Part shown: positions 7,590 to 16,677 of the stretch, piece after piece | How positions within the stretch are numbered: position 1 is the stretch's first letter | Layout of the letters: every line of letters starts with the position of its first letter | Assembly: GCF_035910975.1 (NCBI RefSeq) | Contig: NZ_JAMHWM010000026.1 | Coordinates: 63,042 to 127,041, forward strand | DNA: 64,000 nt | Source of the DNA: Sphingomonas sp. | GTDB lineage: Bacteria; Pseudomonadota; Alphaproteobacteria; Sphingomonadales; Sphingomonadaceae | Reading direction: 5' to 3' | Made by a program: the position numbers and the translations under genes | The notes under the pieces: model-generated | What the model was told of the DNA's origin: nothing | Databases searched by the model: none | Seen by the model: the letters and a program-made list of their open reading frames with translations, nothing else

Positions 7590-10463
7590 ATGAAGATGCG
7601 GGCACGCTTGCTCTTTGCGACGTCGGCGATCTCGATGCAGCTCGCGATGATTCCGGCGTCGGCCGCCCAGGGTGCGGCATCTCTTCCCGCAGAAGCTCTT
7701 GCCGGGTCCTCGCGGAACGGTGACGCGGCGATGCCGCAGGTCGCCGATGCAACGGCGCCCGACGGCCAGGGCGTTGCAGAACAGGATGTGATCGTCACCG
7801 GCACTCGCGTGATCCGCAAGGGCTATGACGCGCCTGTGCCGACGACGGTGCTGACGACCGACGATCTCAATCGGTCAGGAAATGCGAACCTGATCGATAC
7901 GCTGGAGGAGTTGCCGCAGATCAAGGGAGGCCTGGGCGTATCGACGGTTCCAGCCAGCGGCAATTATGTCGGCCAGACCAGCGTCGCCCTGCGCGGCCTG
8001 GGATCGATCCGTACGCTGGTGATGGTCGACGGCGAACGCATGATGCCGGGCTCGATCTACGGAATCACCAACATCAGCCTCATCCCGCAGTCGCTGGTCA
8101 AGCGCGTGGAGGTGGTGACGGGCGGCGCGTCGGCACAATGGGGCTCGGATGCGCTGGCCGGCGTGGTCAACCTCATCATGGATCATGATTTCGAGGGTGT
8201 CCGCGGCAGCCTGCAGGGCGGCATCTCGACCTACGGCGACAATGGCAATTATCGCGCGTCGCTGGCCTGGGGGCACCGCTTCGCCGACGACCGGGCGAGA
8301 ATCGCCCTGTCCTTCGAGATTGCCGAAAGCTCCGGCATCCCGGCCAATTCGCGTGACTGGCTGGGGGCGCAGTTCGTGTCCAACCCCAACGCCACGGCCG
8401 CGACCAAGAGCGTCAGCAATCCGCTCAATATCCTGTCGTCCAACGTGATGCTGTCCAACGCGACGTTCGGCGGCCTCATCACGGCCGGGCCCCTGAGGGG
8501 CACCGCGTTCGGGCCGAATGGCACCACCTACCAGTTCAACTACGGCACGCTGGTCAGCCCGACCCTGATGGTCGGCGGCGGCGAGGTGTCGCGCGCGGCG
8601 ATCGTCCGCGTCGCCGCGCCGCTCCAGCGCAAGGTCGGCTATGGTCACCTGTCCTACGATCTGTCCGATCGCGTCGAGGTCTATCTGCGCGGTCTCTACG
8701 CGCACACCGAAACGTCCGGCCCGCTGACGCTGCCCGCGAGCAACTACGACACCAATACGGTGAGGATCGACAACGCGTTCCTGCCCGCGTCGGTGCGGGC
8801 GCAGATGGCGGCGAACAACCTGTCGACAATCAGCGTCGTGCGCTTTTCCACCGACTATGCGATGAACGTCATGCGCTACCCGACCGACACCGGCCAGTTC
8901 GGTGGCGGCATCAACGGCAGCTTCGGCAGTGAAGGCTTCCTGCGCGACTGGCGATGGGACGCGCATTACAACTACGGCTGGACGAACAGCCCGATCCAGA
9001 CGTTCAACAACCTCAACAAGACGAATTACGCAAACGCGCTCGATTCCATCATCGTGAACGGCCAGCCGGTGTGCCGCAATGTCGATGCGCGCGCGGCGGG
9101 GTGTCGGCCGATCAACATCTTCGGGCTCGGCTCCCCCGCGACCACGCCGGACGCGCTCGCCTATGTGATGGGCACCTCGATCAAGACCTATTACATCGAT
9201 CGACACAATGCCGCCGCGACACTGAAGGGATCGCCCTTTTCCACCTGGGCGGGTCCGATCTCCTTCGCCGCCGGGGTGGAGTGGCGGCGCGACCGCGTGA
9301 ACATCACCGCCGATCCGATCGCGGTGGCGACCGGGTGGGGCGTCAGCAGCCAGTTGCCCTTCGGCGGTTCGGTGTCGGTGGTCGAGGGCTTTGCCGAAGC
9401 GGTCGTGCCGCTGATTTCGGGACAGAGCTGGACCAAGTCGCTGGATATCGCCGGCGCCGTGCGCCAGGCCCGTTACTCGACCTCGGGCGACACGCGCGTG
9501 TGGAAGGTGGGCGCGAGCTGGACCATCAACGATTCGATCCGCCTGCGCGCCAACCGCAGCCGCGACTTCCGCGGCCCCGCGCTGACGCAGCTGTTCCAGG
9601 CCGGCTCGTCGGCAAATTCGACGATCACCGATCCGCAGCTGAACCTGCAATATTCCATATATTCGCCCAACACCGGCAACCCCCTGCTCACCCCGGAAAT
9701 TTCCTACACCAATACTGCCGGGATCGTGCTGACCCCCAGTTTCCTGCCCGGATTGCGTCTGTCGGCGGACTGGTACGACATTCGTCTGAAAGGCCTGATC
9801 GTCAGCGCCAGTGCCCAGTTGACCATCGACAGCTGCTTCAACTTCAATACCGGCTGCGGGGTGATCGTGCGCGGCGCCGACGGGCGTATCACCCAGACGC
9901 CCGCCAGCTACATCAACCTGCAATCGGCCCGTACCAGCGGCGTGGATTTCGAAGCGGAGTATCGCACACCCCGGCACGACTGGGGCAGCCTGACCCTGCG
10001 GCTGATGGGAACCTATCTCGACACCGCCACCGGCCAGCGCCCCGCCGATCCGAAACCCACCCGCTATGACGGACTGATCAGCTACACCGGGGTTACCGAT
10101 GGCCTGTCCGGCGGCCCGAAGTGGCGGGTCACCGCGGGCGCGACGTGGGACAGCGGCCCCGCTTCGTTCAGCGTCACGCAGCGCTTCATCGGCGGCGGGC
10201 GGGTCGTCGGTTACGACTTCACACCGGCGGATTACGACGTGCTCACGGTCGATGGTCGGTCCTATACCGACCTCAGCCTGCAATACAGGATCGCGCCGGG
10301 AAGGCGGAAGGGGACGGCGACGGCATTCGTCGGCGTGCAGAACCTGTTCAATGTCGATCCGCCGATCACCGGCGCGGGCGGCATCGGCCAGGTGCCCACC
10401 GATGCGTCGGTCTATGACGTGATCGGCCGTCAGTTCGTCGCAGGGCTCAGGTTCAGCTATTGA
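7590..10463 (+). CDS. TonB-dependent receptor
   Basis: Start ATG 7590 after GGGAGAGG. DVIVTGTR, RTLVMVDGER, RVEVVTGGASAQWGSDALAGVVN; C-terminal GRQFVAGLRFSY. Confidence 0.93.
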   Translation: MKMRARLLFATSAISMQLAMIPASAAQGAASLPAEALAGSSRNGDAAMPQVADATAPDGQGVAEQDVIVTGTRVIRKGYDAPVPTTVLTTDDLNRSGNANLIDTLEELPQIKGGLGVSTVPASGNYVGQTSVALRGLGSIRTLVMVDGERMMPGSIYGITNISLIPQSLVKRVEVVTGGASAQWGSDALAGVVNLIMDHDFEGVRGSLQGGISTYGDNGNYRASLAWGHRFADDRARIALSFEIAESSGIPANSRDWLGAQFVSNPNATAATKSVSNPLNILSSNVMLSNATFGGLITAGPLRGTAFGPNGTTYQFNYGTLVSPTLMVGGGEVSRAAIVRVAAPLQRKVGYGHLSYDLSDRVEVYLRGLYAHTETSGPLTLPASNYDTNTVRIDNAFLPASVRAQMAANNLSTISVVRFSTDYAMNVMRYPTDTGQFGGGINGSFGSEGFLRDWRWDAHYNYGWTNSPIQTFNNLNKTNYANALDSIIVNGQPVCRNVDARAAGCRPINIFGLGSPATTPDALAYVMGTSIKTYYIDRHNAAATLKGSPFSTWAGPISFAAGVEWRRDRVNITADPIAVATGWGVSSQLPFGGSVSVVEGFAEAVVPLISGQSWTKSLDIAGAVRQARYSTSGDTRVWKVGASWTINDSIRLRANRSRDFRGPALTQLFQAGSSANSTITDPQLNLQYSIYSPNTGNPLLTPEISYTNTAGIVLTPSFLPGLRLSADWYDIRLKGLIVSASAQLTIDSCFNFNTGCGVIVRGADGRITQTPASYINLQSARTSGVDFEAEYRTPRHDWGSLTLRLMGTYLDTATGQRPADPKPTRYDGLISYTGVTDGLSGGPKWRVTAGATWDSGPASFSVTQRFIGGGRVVGYDFTPADYDVLTVDGRSYTDLSLQYRIAPGRRKGTATAFVGVQNLFNVDPPITGAGGIGQVPTDASVYDVIGRQFVAGLRFSY

Positions 10464-10501
10464 CGTGGACGGACCGCAGGCTCGGCCGGCCGGGCACGAG
10501 A

Positions 10502-10582
10502 TGACCCGCGGCCAGGCGGGTCACGCCTGGGAGGAAGGACCAGTCAGAGTGATGGTGCGACCCGTCTTGCGCGAGACGGGTC
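10502..10582. terminator. Two GC-rich hairpins between convergent TBDR genes
   Basis: TGACCCGC-GGCCAG-GCGGGTCA and GACCCGTCT-TGCGCG-AGACGGGTC; no clear U-tract. Confidence 0.35.
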
Positions 10583-10678
10583 CGCGACGATGCGGCCGCC
10601 CCTTTCAGGGCCACGCCTGACCAGCGATCAGGCACCATCGACCGTAACGGCCGAGGCGCCCGATCGCCGCGAGCGACA

Positions 10679-13027
10679 TCAGAAGCGTGCGTTGATGCTC
10701 ACCCAGTAGCTGCGCGCCCGGTCCTTGTTGTTGTAATGATCCTGGAAGCTCGGCGTCCAGGTTCCGTTGCCGTTGTTGACGAAGCTGGTGTCGTAGGCGG
10801 TGAAATCGCGATCGAGCAGATTGTTGACGCGGCCGCTGATCGAGAAATTCTCGGTGATCCTGTACTGCATGCCGAGGTTCACCACCTCGTAGCTGCTCCA
10901 GTAGAGCTGGTTGCCGTTGACGTCGACGCCGCGGTAGCGCTGCGAGCGGTGCTCGGCGGCGAGCTGGACCGACAGGCCGGAAAATGGCTCCCAGTTCACC
11001 GTCGCGTTGGCCATGTGCTTCGCCGTCTGGGTCAGCGGGAGGCCCTTCTGGGCTCCGGTCAGCTGTTCGCTGTCGGTATAGGTGTAGTTGGCGCGCAGCG
11101 ACAGTCCGCTGAATACCCCCAGGCGGCCGGCCAGTTCGGCGCCGCGGATGCGCGCCTCATCCACGTTGACCGGCACGCTGATGTTGCCGCCCAGGCCCAG
11201 GATTGCCCAGTAATCGCCCAGGTTGGCGCACGGCCGCACGAAGTTGGTTACCACGCACGGCCGCACGTTGGTGGTGGAGATCTTGTCCTTGAAGTCGTTC
11301 TGGAACAGCGTGACGTTGATCCCGCTGCGGGGCGTCGGGTTCCAGTAGACCGCGATCTCGCTGTTCACGCTGGTTTCCGGCTTCAGGTCGGGATTGCCGA
11401 TGAACGGACTGGTGCCCTGCCCGCCGAAACCGCGGATGCCGTCGTAGAGATCGGTGGTCTTCGGCGTCTTGTAGCCGGTGCTGACGCCGCCCTTGACGGT
11501 CAGCTTCGGCGAGATGTCGTACACCGCGTAGAGGCGCGGACTGAAATGCCCGCCGAACATGTCGTGCTCGTCGTAGCGCAGCCCGGCGGTGACTGTCAGC
11601 CCCTCGACCGGTGTCCAGTTGTCTTCGGCGAACAGCGACCAGATGCGGTGGGCCTGGACCGCCTGGATGCCGCCGACGCTGGCCTCCAGGCCGAACACGC
11701 CGTCCTCCAGGTCGCCGTCGATATACTGGCCGCCGATCACGAAATGATGCTTGCCGGCGAGATTCTCGACCGGAATGTCGACGCGCGCGTCGAGCGTGTA
11801 CTGGCGGCTTTCCAATGTGCGCAGCGGGCGCGGCAGGAAGGTCCGCTCGGCCATCGCCCGGCGCTCGGCGGTGGTCAGGCCGGCATATTGGCCGGTGCCG
11901 CTCCACATCTGTTGCAGCTGCTGCCGTTCCGCGACCGAAAAGGGCATGGTACGGCCCTTGTTGTTGGTCGCGACATAGGCGAGCGACAGGAAGCTGCGCG
12001 CAAAGCCCCAGTCGCCGTTATGGGTGGCCGACCAGTTGAACCTGTCGAAGACCTGATCCTCGGTATAGCCGACCTGCGGCTGGACGACCCCCCCGGTCGC
12101 GCGCCAGATGCTGGCGATGCCGTCGAGCGTGCCGAGCGGATATACCAGGGCGCCCGTCGTCGGGTTGGTGGTGGGCGTGTTGTCGTAAACCTGCCGCGAA
12201 TAGTCGATGTCGAATATCAGGCTGTGGCCATCGGCCGGCGTGAGGCTGATCGAGGCGCCGCCGCTGCGGTTGGTGTTGTCGACCGTCCGTCCGCCGCCGC
12301 CGAAGCCGAGCGCGCGGACGTGGGTAACACCGGCGGGATCAACCGACGGGCTGAAATCGGGCAGCGAGGCCATCCGCCGGTAGATCGAACCGCGCAGGCT
12401 GACGCCGAGCAGGCCCGGAATCACCGGCCCGCGCAGGCTGGCGTCGAACGTCATGTCGTCGCCGAAATCGCCGTCTTCCTGAAGAGTGCGGCCGAACGTC
12501 GCCGATCCGGCCCAGCGGTCGGCGACCTTCTTGGTGATGATGTTGATGACGCCGCCCAGCGCGTCGGCGCCGTAGAGCGTCGACGCGGGGCCGCGGATCA
12601 CTTCGATCCGTTCGATCGCGTCGAGCGGCGGGATGTGGTTGAACTGGTTGCCGCCGAAGCTGTTGGGATAGATGTCGCCGTGATTGTTCTGACGCCGCCC
12701 GTCGACCAGGATCAGCGTATAGTCCGATCCCATGCCGCGAATGCTGATCGTGCGCTGCCCGGTCTTGTCGGACGTTTCGCCGACATCGACGCCCTCGATA
12801 TCGCGCACCGCGTCGATCAGCGTCATGTAGGGCCGCTCGCGCAGCTCCTTTTCCGTCACCACGGTGATGCTGGCGGGCGCGTCGGTGATCTTCTGCTCGA
12901 AGCCCGCGGCGGTCACCACCACCTCGTTGCTCTGGGGGTCGCTTTCGGCGCGGGCGCTGGAAGCGCCGATGACGAGCGCGATGACCGACGCCGCGCTGAT
13001 GAGCGGCAGCCTGATGGACGATGACAT
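10679..13027 (-). CDS. CirA/IrgA/FepA-like TonB-dependent (probable siderophore) receptor
   Basis: VVVTAAGFEQKITDAPASITVV, GMGSDYTLILVDGRR, IERIEVIRGPASTLYGADALGGVINIITKK; C-terminal F. Confidence 0.9.
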   Translation of the reverse strand: MSSSIRLPLISAASVIALVIGASSARAESDPQSNEVVVTAAGFEQKITDAPASITVVTEKELRERPYMTLIDAVRDIEGVDVGETSDKTGQRTISIRGMGSDYTLILVDGRRQNNHGDIYPNSFGGNQFNHIPPLDAIERIEVIRGPASTLYGADALGGVINIITKKVADRWAGSATFGRTLQEDGDFGDDMTFDASLRGPVIPGLLGVSLRGSIYRRMASLPDFSPSVDPAGVTHVRALGFGGGGRTVDNTNRSGGASISLTPADGHSLIFDIDYSRQVYDNTPTTNPTTGALVYPLGTLDGIASIWRATGGVVQPQVGYTEDQVFDRFNWSATHNGDWGFARSFLSLAYVATNNKGRTMPFSVAERQQLQQMWSGTGQYAGLTTAERRAMAERTFLPRPLRTLESRQYTLDARVDIPVENLAGKHHFVIGGQYIDGDLEDGVFGLEASVGGIQAVQAHRIWSLFAEDNWTPVEGLTVTAGLRYDEHDMFGGHFSPRLYAVYDISPKLTVKGGVSTGYKTPKTTDLYDGIRGFGGQGTSPFIGNPDLKPETSVNSEIAVYWNPTPRSGINVTLFQNDFKDKISTTNVRPCVVTNFVRPCANLGDYWAILGLGGNISVPVNVDEARIRGAELAGRLGVFSGLSLRANYTYTDSEQLTGAQKGLPLTQTAKHMANATVNWEPFSGLSVQLAAEHRSQRYRGVDVNGNQLYWSSYEVVNLGMQYRITENFSISGRVNNLLDRDFTAYDTSFVNNGNGTWTPSFQDHYNNKDRARSYWVSINARF

Positions 13028-13097
13028 GGTGACCCCCGGTTCCGCCGGCCCGGCGCCGATCAGCGACGGACGGGCTCGATTTGCATAGTTCTGCTAA

Positions 13098-13112
13098 TGC
13101 AAGTAATTCGCA
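13098..13112. promoter_or_regulatory. Fur-type (alphaproteobacterial TGCGAnTnnnTCGCA-like) operator upstream of the CirA-like receptor
   Basis: TGCAAGTAATTCGCA, an imperfect 7-1-7 palindrome about 70 nt upstream of the receptor ATG. Confidence 0.55.
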
Positions 13113-13189
13113 TCAGCGCCGGGCGGCCATTGCGAACCCGATTGCCGGGTGTCAATTCCTGATCGGTCCGGCGGGGCGGGAGCAATAGT

Positions 13190-13960
13190 TTGTTACAAAC
13201 GGGCACCATCGACGACACCACCGCTTCGCCGGGCGAGGCCGCGCCGCGCCCCCGGCATATCGTGGTCGTGGAGGACGATCCCGGCCTTCGGGTCCTGCTC
13301 TGCCGGCTGCTTCGCGAATGCGGTTACGACGCCACCGGAGCGGCCGACGGAGACGAACTGGAAGAGGCGCTGCAACAGCGATCGATCGACCTGATCCTGC
13401 TGGACATCATGCTGCCGGGCCGGAGCGGACTGGAGCTGTGCCAGGCGATCCGCGAGCGCAGCCAGGTGCCGATCGTCATCATCAGCGCGCGGGGCCAGGA
13501 ATCCGACCGGGTCGCCGGCCTCGATCTCGGCGCCGACGACTATATCGCCAAGCCGTTCGGCCGGTCCGAGGTGCTGGCGCGGGTGCGCGCCGTCCTGCGC
13601 CGGGCCGAGAAGGCGCATATGCCCCTCGACGTGCCGGCGCCCGAACGCTTCGTCTTCGCTGGCTGGATCTATCATCCGCGCCGGCACGAACTGATCTCCC
13701 CCACCGGCGTCGAGGTCGAGCTGACCGCTGCGGAGCATGACCTGCTGCTGAGCCTGCTGCGCAACGCCCAGCGCATGATCGGCCGCGAGCGCCTGCTCGA
13801 GATGTCGCGCTCGCGGCTCGGCCAATCCTCGGATCGCAGCATCGACGTGCTGGTCAGCCGCCTGCGCCGCAAGATGGGCGACGGCCGCCGCGCCCGCCCG
13901 CTGATCCGCACGGTGCGCGGCGTCGGATACATGTTCGCCGCCGACGTCGAACTGCGATGA
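13190..13960 (+). CDS. OmpR-family response regulator
   Basis: VVEDD, LILLDIMLPG and YIAKPF receiver motifs; winged helix ending IRTVRGVGY; TTG start with GGGAG RBS. Confidence 0.93.
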   Translation: MLQTGTIDDTTASPGEAAPRPRHIVVVEDDPGLRVLLCRLLRECGYDATGAADGDELEEALQQRSIDLILLDIMLPGRSGLELCQAIRERSQVPIVIISARGQESDRVAGLDLGADDYIAKPFGRSEVLARVRAVLRRAEKAHMPLDVPAPERFVFAGWIYHPRRHELISPTGVEVELTAAEHDLLLSLLRNAQRMIGRERLLEMSRSRLGQSSDRSIDVLVSRLRRKMGDGRRARPLIRTVRGVGYMFAADVELR

Positions 13961-15345
13961 GGTTCGCGATGCTGCCGCCACGGGGGATGACGGCGCGGCT
14001 TGCGCTGGTGCTGGTGGTGGCGCTGGCGATCGAGTTTTCCGGCAATGTCCTGCTGGGGCGCCTTCTGGAGCGCGAGGCGGTATCGGAACAGAAGTTCCGC
14101 GCGATCGCCGCTCAGCTCGCTACCGCCGGAGAAGTGGCGGCGGATGTCGATCGGTCGGGGCGATCGAGGTTGATGGCGGACATGGCGATCGACGGACTGC
14201 GGCTGAACTGGGTTTCGCGCACGGTGATCGTCGATACAGCGGTGACCTCTCCGCAACTGGGCCAGGTCCATGCCCGGTTGGGCCAGGCCGCGCCGGGGTT
14301 GCGCGGGCGCGACCTGCGCCTGAGCGTGGTGCCCCTGGCCGACGGGCGCCGCGACCTTATCGGCGCGCTTCGCCTGGCCGATGGCAGCTTCGTCACCTTC
14401 CGCGTCCATCCGTTCCTCAACCCACCGCCCTCGCAGGCGCTCGTCACCGTGCTTCACCTTCTCCTGCTGGCGAGCGTGCTCGGCATCGCGCTGGCGATGC
14501 TCCATGCGCTGGTCCGGCCGCTGGGGAATCTCGCCCGCGCGGCCGACGCGACGGGCAGGGGCATGCGGGCGGAGATGCCGCTCGACGGACCGAGCGAGGT
14601 GCGGCGCGTCGCGACGGCGTTTCGGGACATGCAATCGCGACTGCTGGGGATGATGGAGGACCATGCCACGGCGCTGGTCGCGGTGTCGCACGATCTGCGC
14701 ACCCCGATCCAGCGCGCGCGGCTGCGCGCCGTCGCGATCGAGGACTCGGACCTGCGCGATGCGATCGTCGCCGACCTTGCCGACATGGAGAAATTCGTCG
14801 GGTCGGTCACCGCCTTCATCCAGAGCGGCGCGCGCGAGGAAGCGCGGCCAGTCGATCTGGCGGCGATGGCGATGACACTGGTCGACGACGCGGCCGATGC
14901 CGGCTTCCTGGTCGAGTATGACGGGCCGGATACGCTTCCGGTCGTGCTGAAGCCGCTCGCGATGAAACGGGCCTTGGCGAACCTGTTGCAGAATGCCTGC
15001 CGCCACGCCCGCCGGATACGGGTCAGCGTGGAGGCGGGGCCGCCGGTCGCGGTGCGAGTCGAGGATGACGGGCCGGGTATTCCGACGGATCGCCGCGAAG
15101 AGGCGTTCCTGCCGTTCCGGCGGCTGGATCCCGAGCGCGGCGGAGATGGCACGGGCCTGGGATTGGCGATCGTCAGGAATGCGGCGGCCAGCATGGGTGC
15201 GAGCGTGACCCTGGAGGACAGCCCGATGGGAGGGTTGGCGGCCAGGATCGATTTGCTGCCATGCAAGTCGCTGTCGACCAGCCCGGAACACGCTCCATAT
15301 CCCGTCGTTCAGAGCGCCAGCCGCCCTCCGCCGACCGGCGCGTAA
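13957..15345 (+). CDS. Sensor histidine kinase (HAMP-HisKA-HATPase)
   Basis: Two TM segments, VSHDLRTP H-box, NLLQNA, EDDGPGI and GTGLGL; ATGA overlap with the regulator. Confidence 0.93.
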   Translation: MRFAMLPPRGMTARLALVLVVALAIEFSGNVLLGRLLEREAVSEQKFRAIAAQLATAGEVAADVDRSGRSRLMADMAIDGLRLNWVSRTVIVDTAVTSPQLGQVHARLGQAAPGLRGRDLRLSVVPLADGRRDLIGALRLADGSFVTFRVHPFLNPPPSQALVTVLHLLLLASVLGIALAMLHALVRPLGNLARAADATGRGMRAEMPLDGPSEVRRVATAFRDMQSRLLGMMEDHATALVAVSHDLRTPIQRARLRAVAIEDSDLRDAIVADLADMEKFVGSVTAFIQSGAREEARPVDLAAMAMTLVDDAADAGFLVEYDGPDTLPVVLKPLAMKRALANLLQNACRHARRIRVSVEAGPPVAVRVEDDGPGIPTDRREEAFLPFRRLDPERGGDGTGLGLAIVRNAAASMGASVTLEDSPMGGLAARIDLLPCKSLSTSPEHAPYPVVQSASRPPPTGA

Positions 15346-15552
15346 CCGCGGACGCGACCCGTCGACTGGCCGAGGCCGTCCTCGAAAAGTTGCGCTTTGG
15401 CGACCCCCCTGCGTCAGGGCTACGCCCGCCGATCTATCGCCAAGGGGGGTACCCAACGTCATTATCATCGCCGGGCCGATCAAGCCGCTCGCGAGCATCG
15501 CGAACGACGGCCCCGAACAGTCAGCACAATGGTGCCTTCTTCTGATCGGGAG

Positions 15553-15639
15553 TGGTGCGGTCGAGAAGACTCGAACTTCCACGGGCTTTCGCCCACAACG
15601 ACCTCAACGTTGCGCGTCTACCAGTTCCGCCACGACCGC
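15553..15639 (-). tRNA. tRNA-Leu(GAG), 87 nt with encoded CCA
   Basis: Reverse complement GCGGTCGTGGCGGAACTGGTAGACGCGCAACGTTGAGGTCGTTG…GAAGTTCGAGTCTTCTCGACCGCACCA; anticodon GAG; long variable arm. Confidence 0.97.
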
Positions 15640-15686
15640 ACGTGAAACCCCAACCGACGGACGCCGGAGGCTGGTAAGGCGAGCGC

Positions 15687-15714
15687 CCCTAGCAAAGCCC
15701 GGCGGGCGTTGCAA
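15687..15714 (-). promoter_or_regulatory. Sigma70-like promoter of tRNA-Leu
   Basis: TTGCAA-16 nt-CTAGGG followed by a GC-rich discriminator; same architecture as the rpmI promoter. Confidence 0.45.
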
Positions 15715-15738
15715 TGGCGCTTCGCCGATCGGGCCCGA

Positions 15739-16518
15739 TCAGCCCTCGATCCCCTTGGCGAAGCTCAGGACGAGCAGCTTCGAACTGGCCGGCACATCGA
15801 CGCGCCCGCTGTTGAATTCCAGCGTCTCGCCCGCGCCCAGGCGGCGCTGGCGCGGGGTGACGTTCCAGTTGTAGACGCGGCGTCCCTGGGCATCGCGCAG
15901 CTCGACGCGGATATCGGGCACCCGCTGGACGCTGCCCGTCGGGTTGACGATCTTGCCGCTGACCGCGAACAGTTCGTTGCCGGTGCCCATGTCGCGGCGG
16001 TTGATCGCCTTGTCCGTGAAGCGCAGCGGGGTTTCCGCCTCCCCGATCGGCAGGCCCAGCTGCGCGGCGATGCCCGGCGCACCCGAATAGAGGATAGCGC
16101 CCGCGCCCAGCAGCATCGACAGCCCCGCGACCATCGCCGCCGCCGTCCAGCGCTTCGCCGGGTTGCGGCGCGGCTTGAACATCGGACGGTGCGCGAAGGG
16201 ATCGAAGCCGGGCGCGAGCACCGCGTCATCGACGAAGGTGCGCACCGGCGCGGCGCGCTGCGGCACGGGCTGTTCGGAAACCGGCGTCGGGCGCGGTTCG
16301 GCCCGCTGGGGTGCCGCTTCCGCTGCGGCCGCCGGGGCGGCGGGCGTCTCCGGCGGCGTCGCCGCGTCGATCCGCTCGCGGGCCGACAGGTCAAGCAGCG
16401 CCGGCGGCTGGAACCAGCTGTGGCGGCAATTGGCGCAGCGCACCGTCCGCCCGTCGGCGCCGATCGCGCTGTCGGGGACCATGTAACGCGATCCGCACTG
16501 GGTACATTCGAGGATCAT
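15739..16518 (-). CDS. MJ0042-type zinc-ribbon / DUF3426 membrane protein
   Basis: True start ATG 16518: MILECTQCGSRYMVPDSAIGADGRTVRCANCRHSW (CxxC…CxxC), Pro/Ala linker, TM helix and C-terminal domain. The upstream part of the tracked ORF is an ftsE shadow. Confidence 0.85.
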   Translation of the reverse strand: MILECTQCGSRYMVPDSAIGADGRTVRCANCRHSWFQPPALLDLSARERIDAATPPETPAAPAAAAEAAPQRAEPRPTPVSEQPVPQRAAPVRTFVDDAVLAPGFDPFAHRPMFKPRRNPAKRWTAAAMVAGLSMLLGAGAILYSGAPGIAAQLGLPIGEAETPLRFTDKAINRRDMGTGNELFAVSGKIVNPTGSVQRVPDIRVELRDAQGRRVYNWNVTPRQRRLGAGETLEFNSGRVDVPASSKLLVLSFAKGIEG

Positions 16519-16619
16519 CGCCTGTTCGATTCCTCTGCTTGACGCCCCGCCGGGGACATACTCGATCCGATCGAATCTTAAGCATTTCCGCGAGTCGCGG
16601 GCAAGAGTCGTCCACCGGC

Positions 16620-16628
16620 TTATCCACA
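16620..16628 (+). promoter_or_regulatory. Consensus DnaA box upstream of ftsE
   Basis: TTATCCACA, a perfect match, about 50 nt upstream of the ftsE ATG. Confidence 0.5.
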
Positions 16629-16677
16629 GTTTCATCCCCCGCTTGAGCGGGACAGGGCGCTGTGCGATGCCGGGCCG

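Noticed and set aside
15397-15449. TTGGCGA-CCCCCC … TCGCCAA-GGGGGG downstream of the tRNA as a possible pseudoknot or att/arm site
   Set aside because: Zero-length loops make a pseudoknot sterically implausible, and no integrase or att duplicate supports a recombination site.
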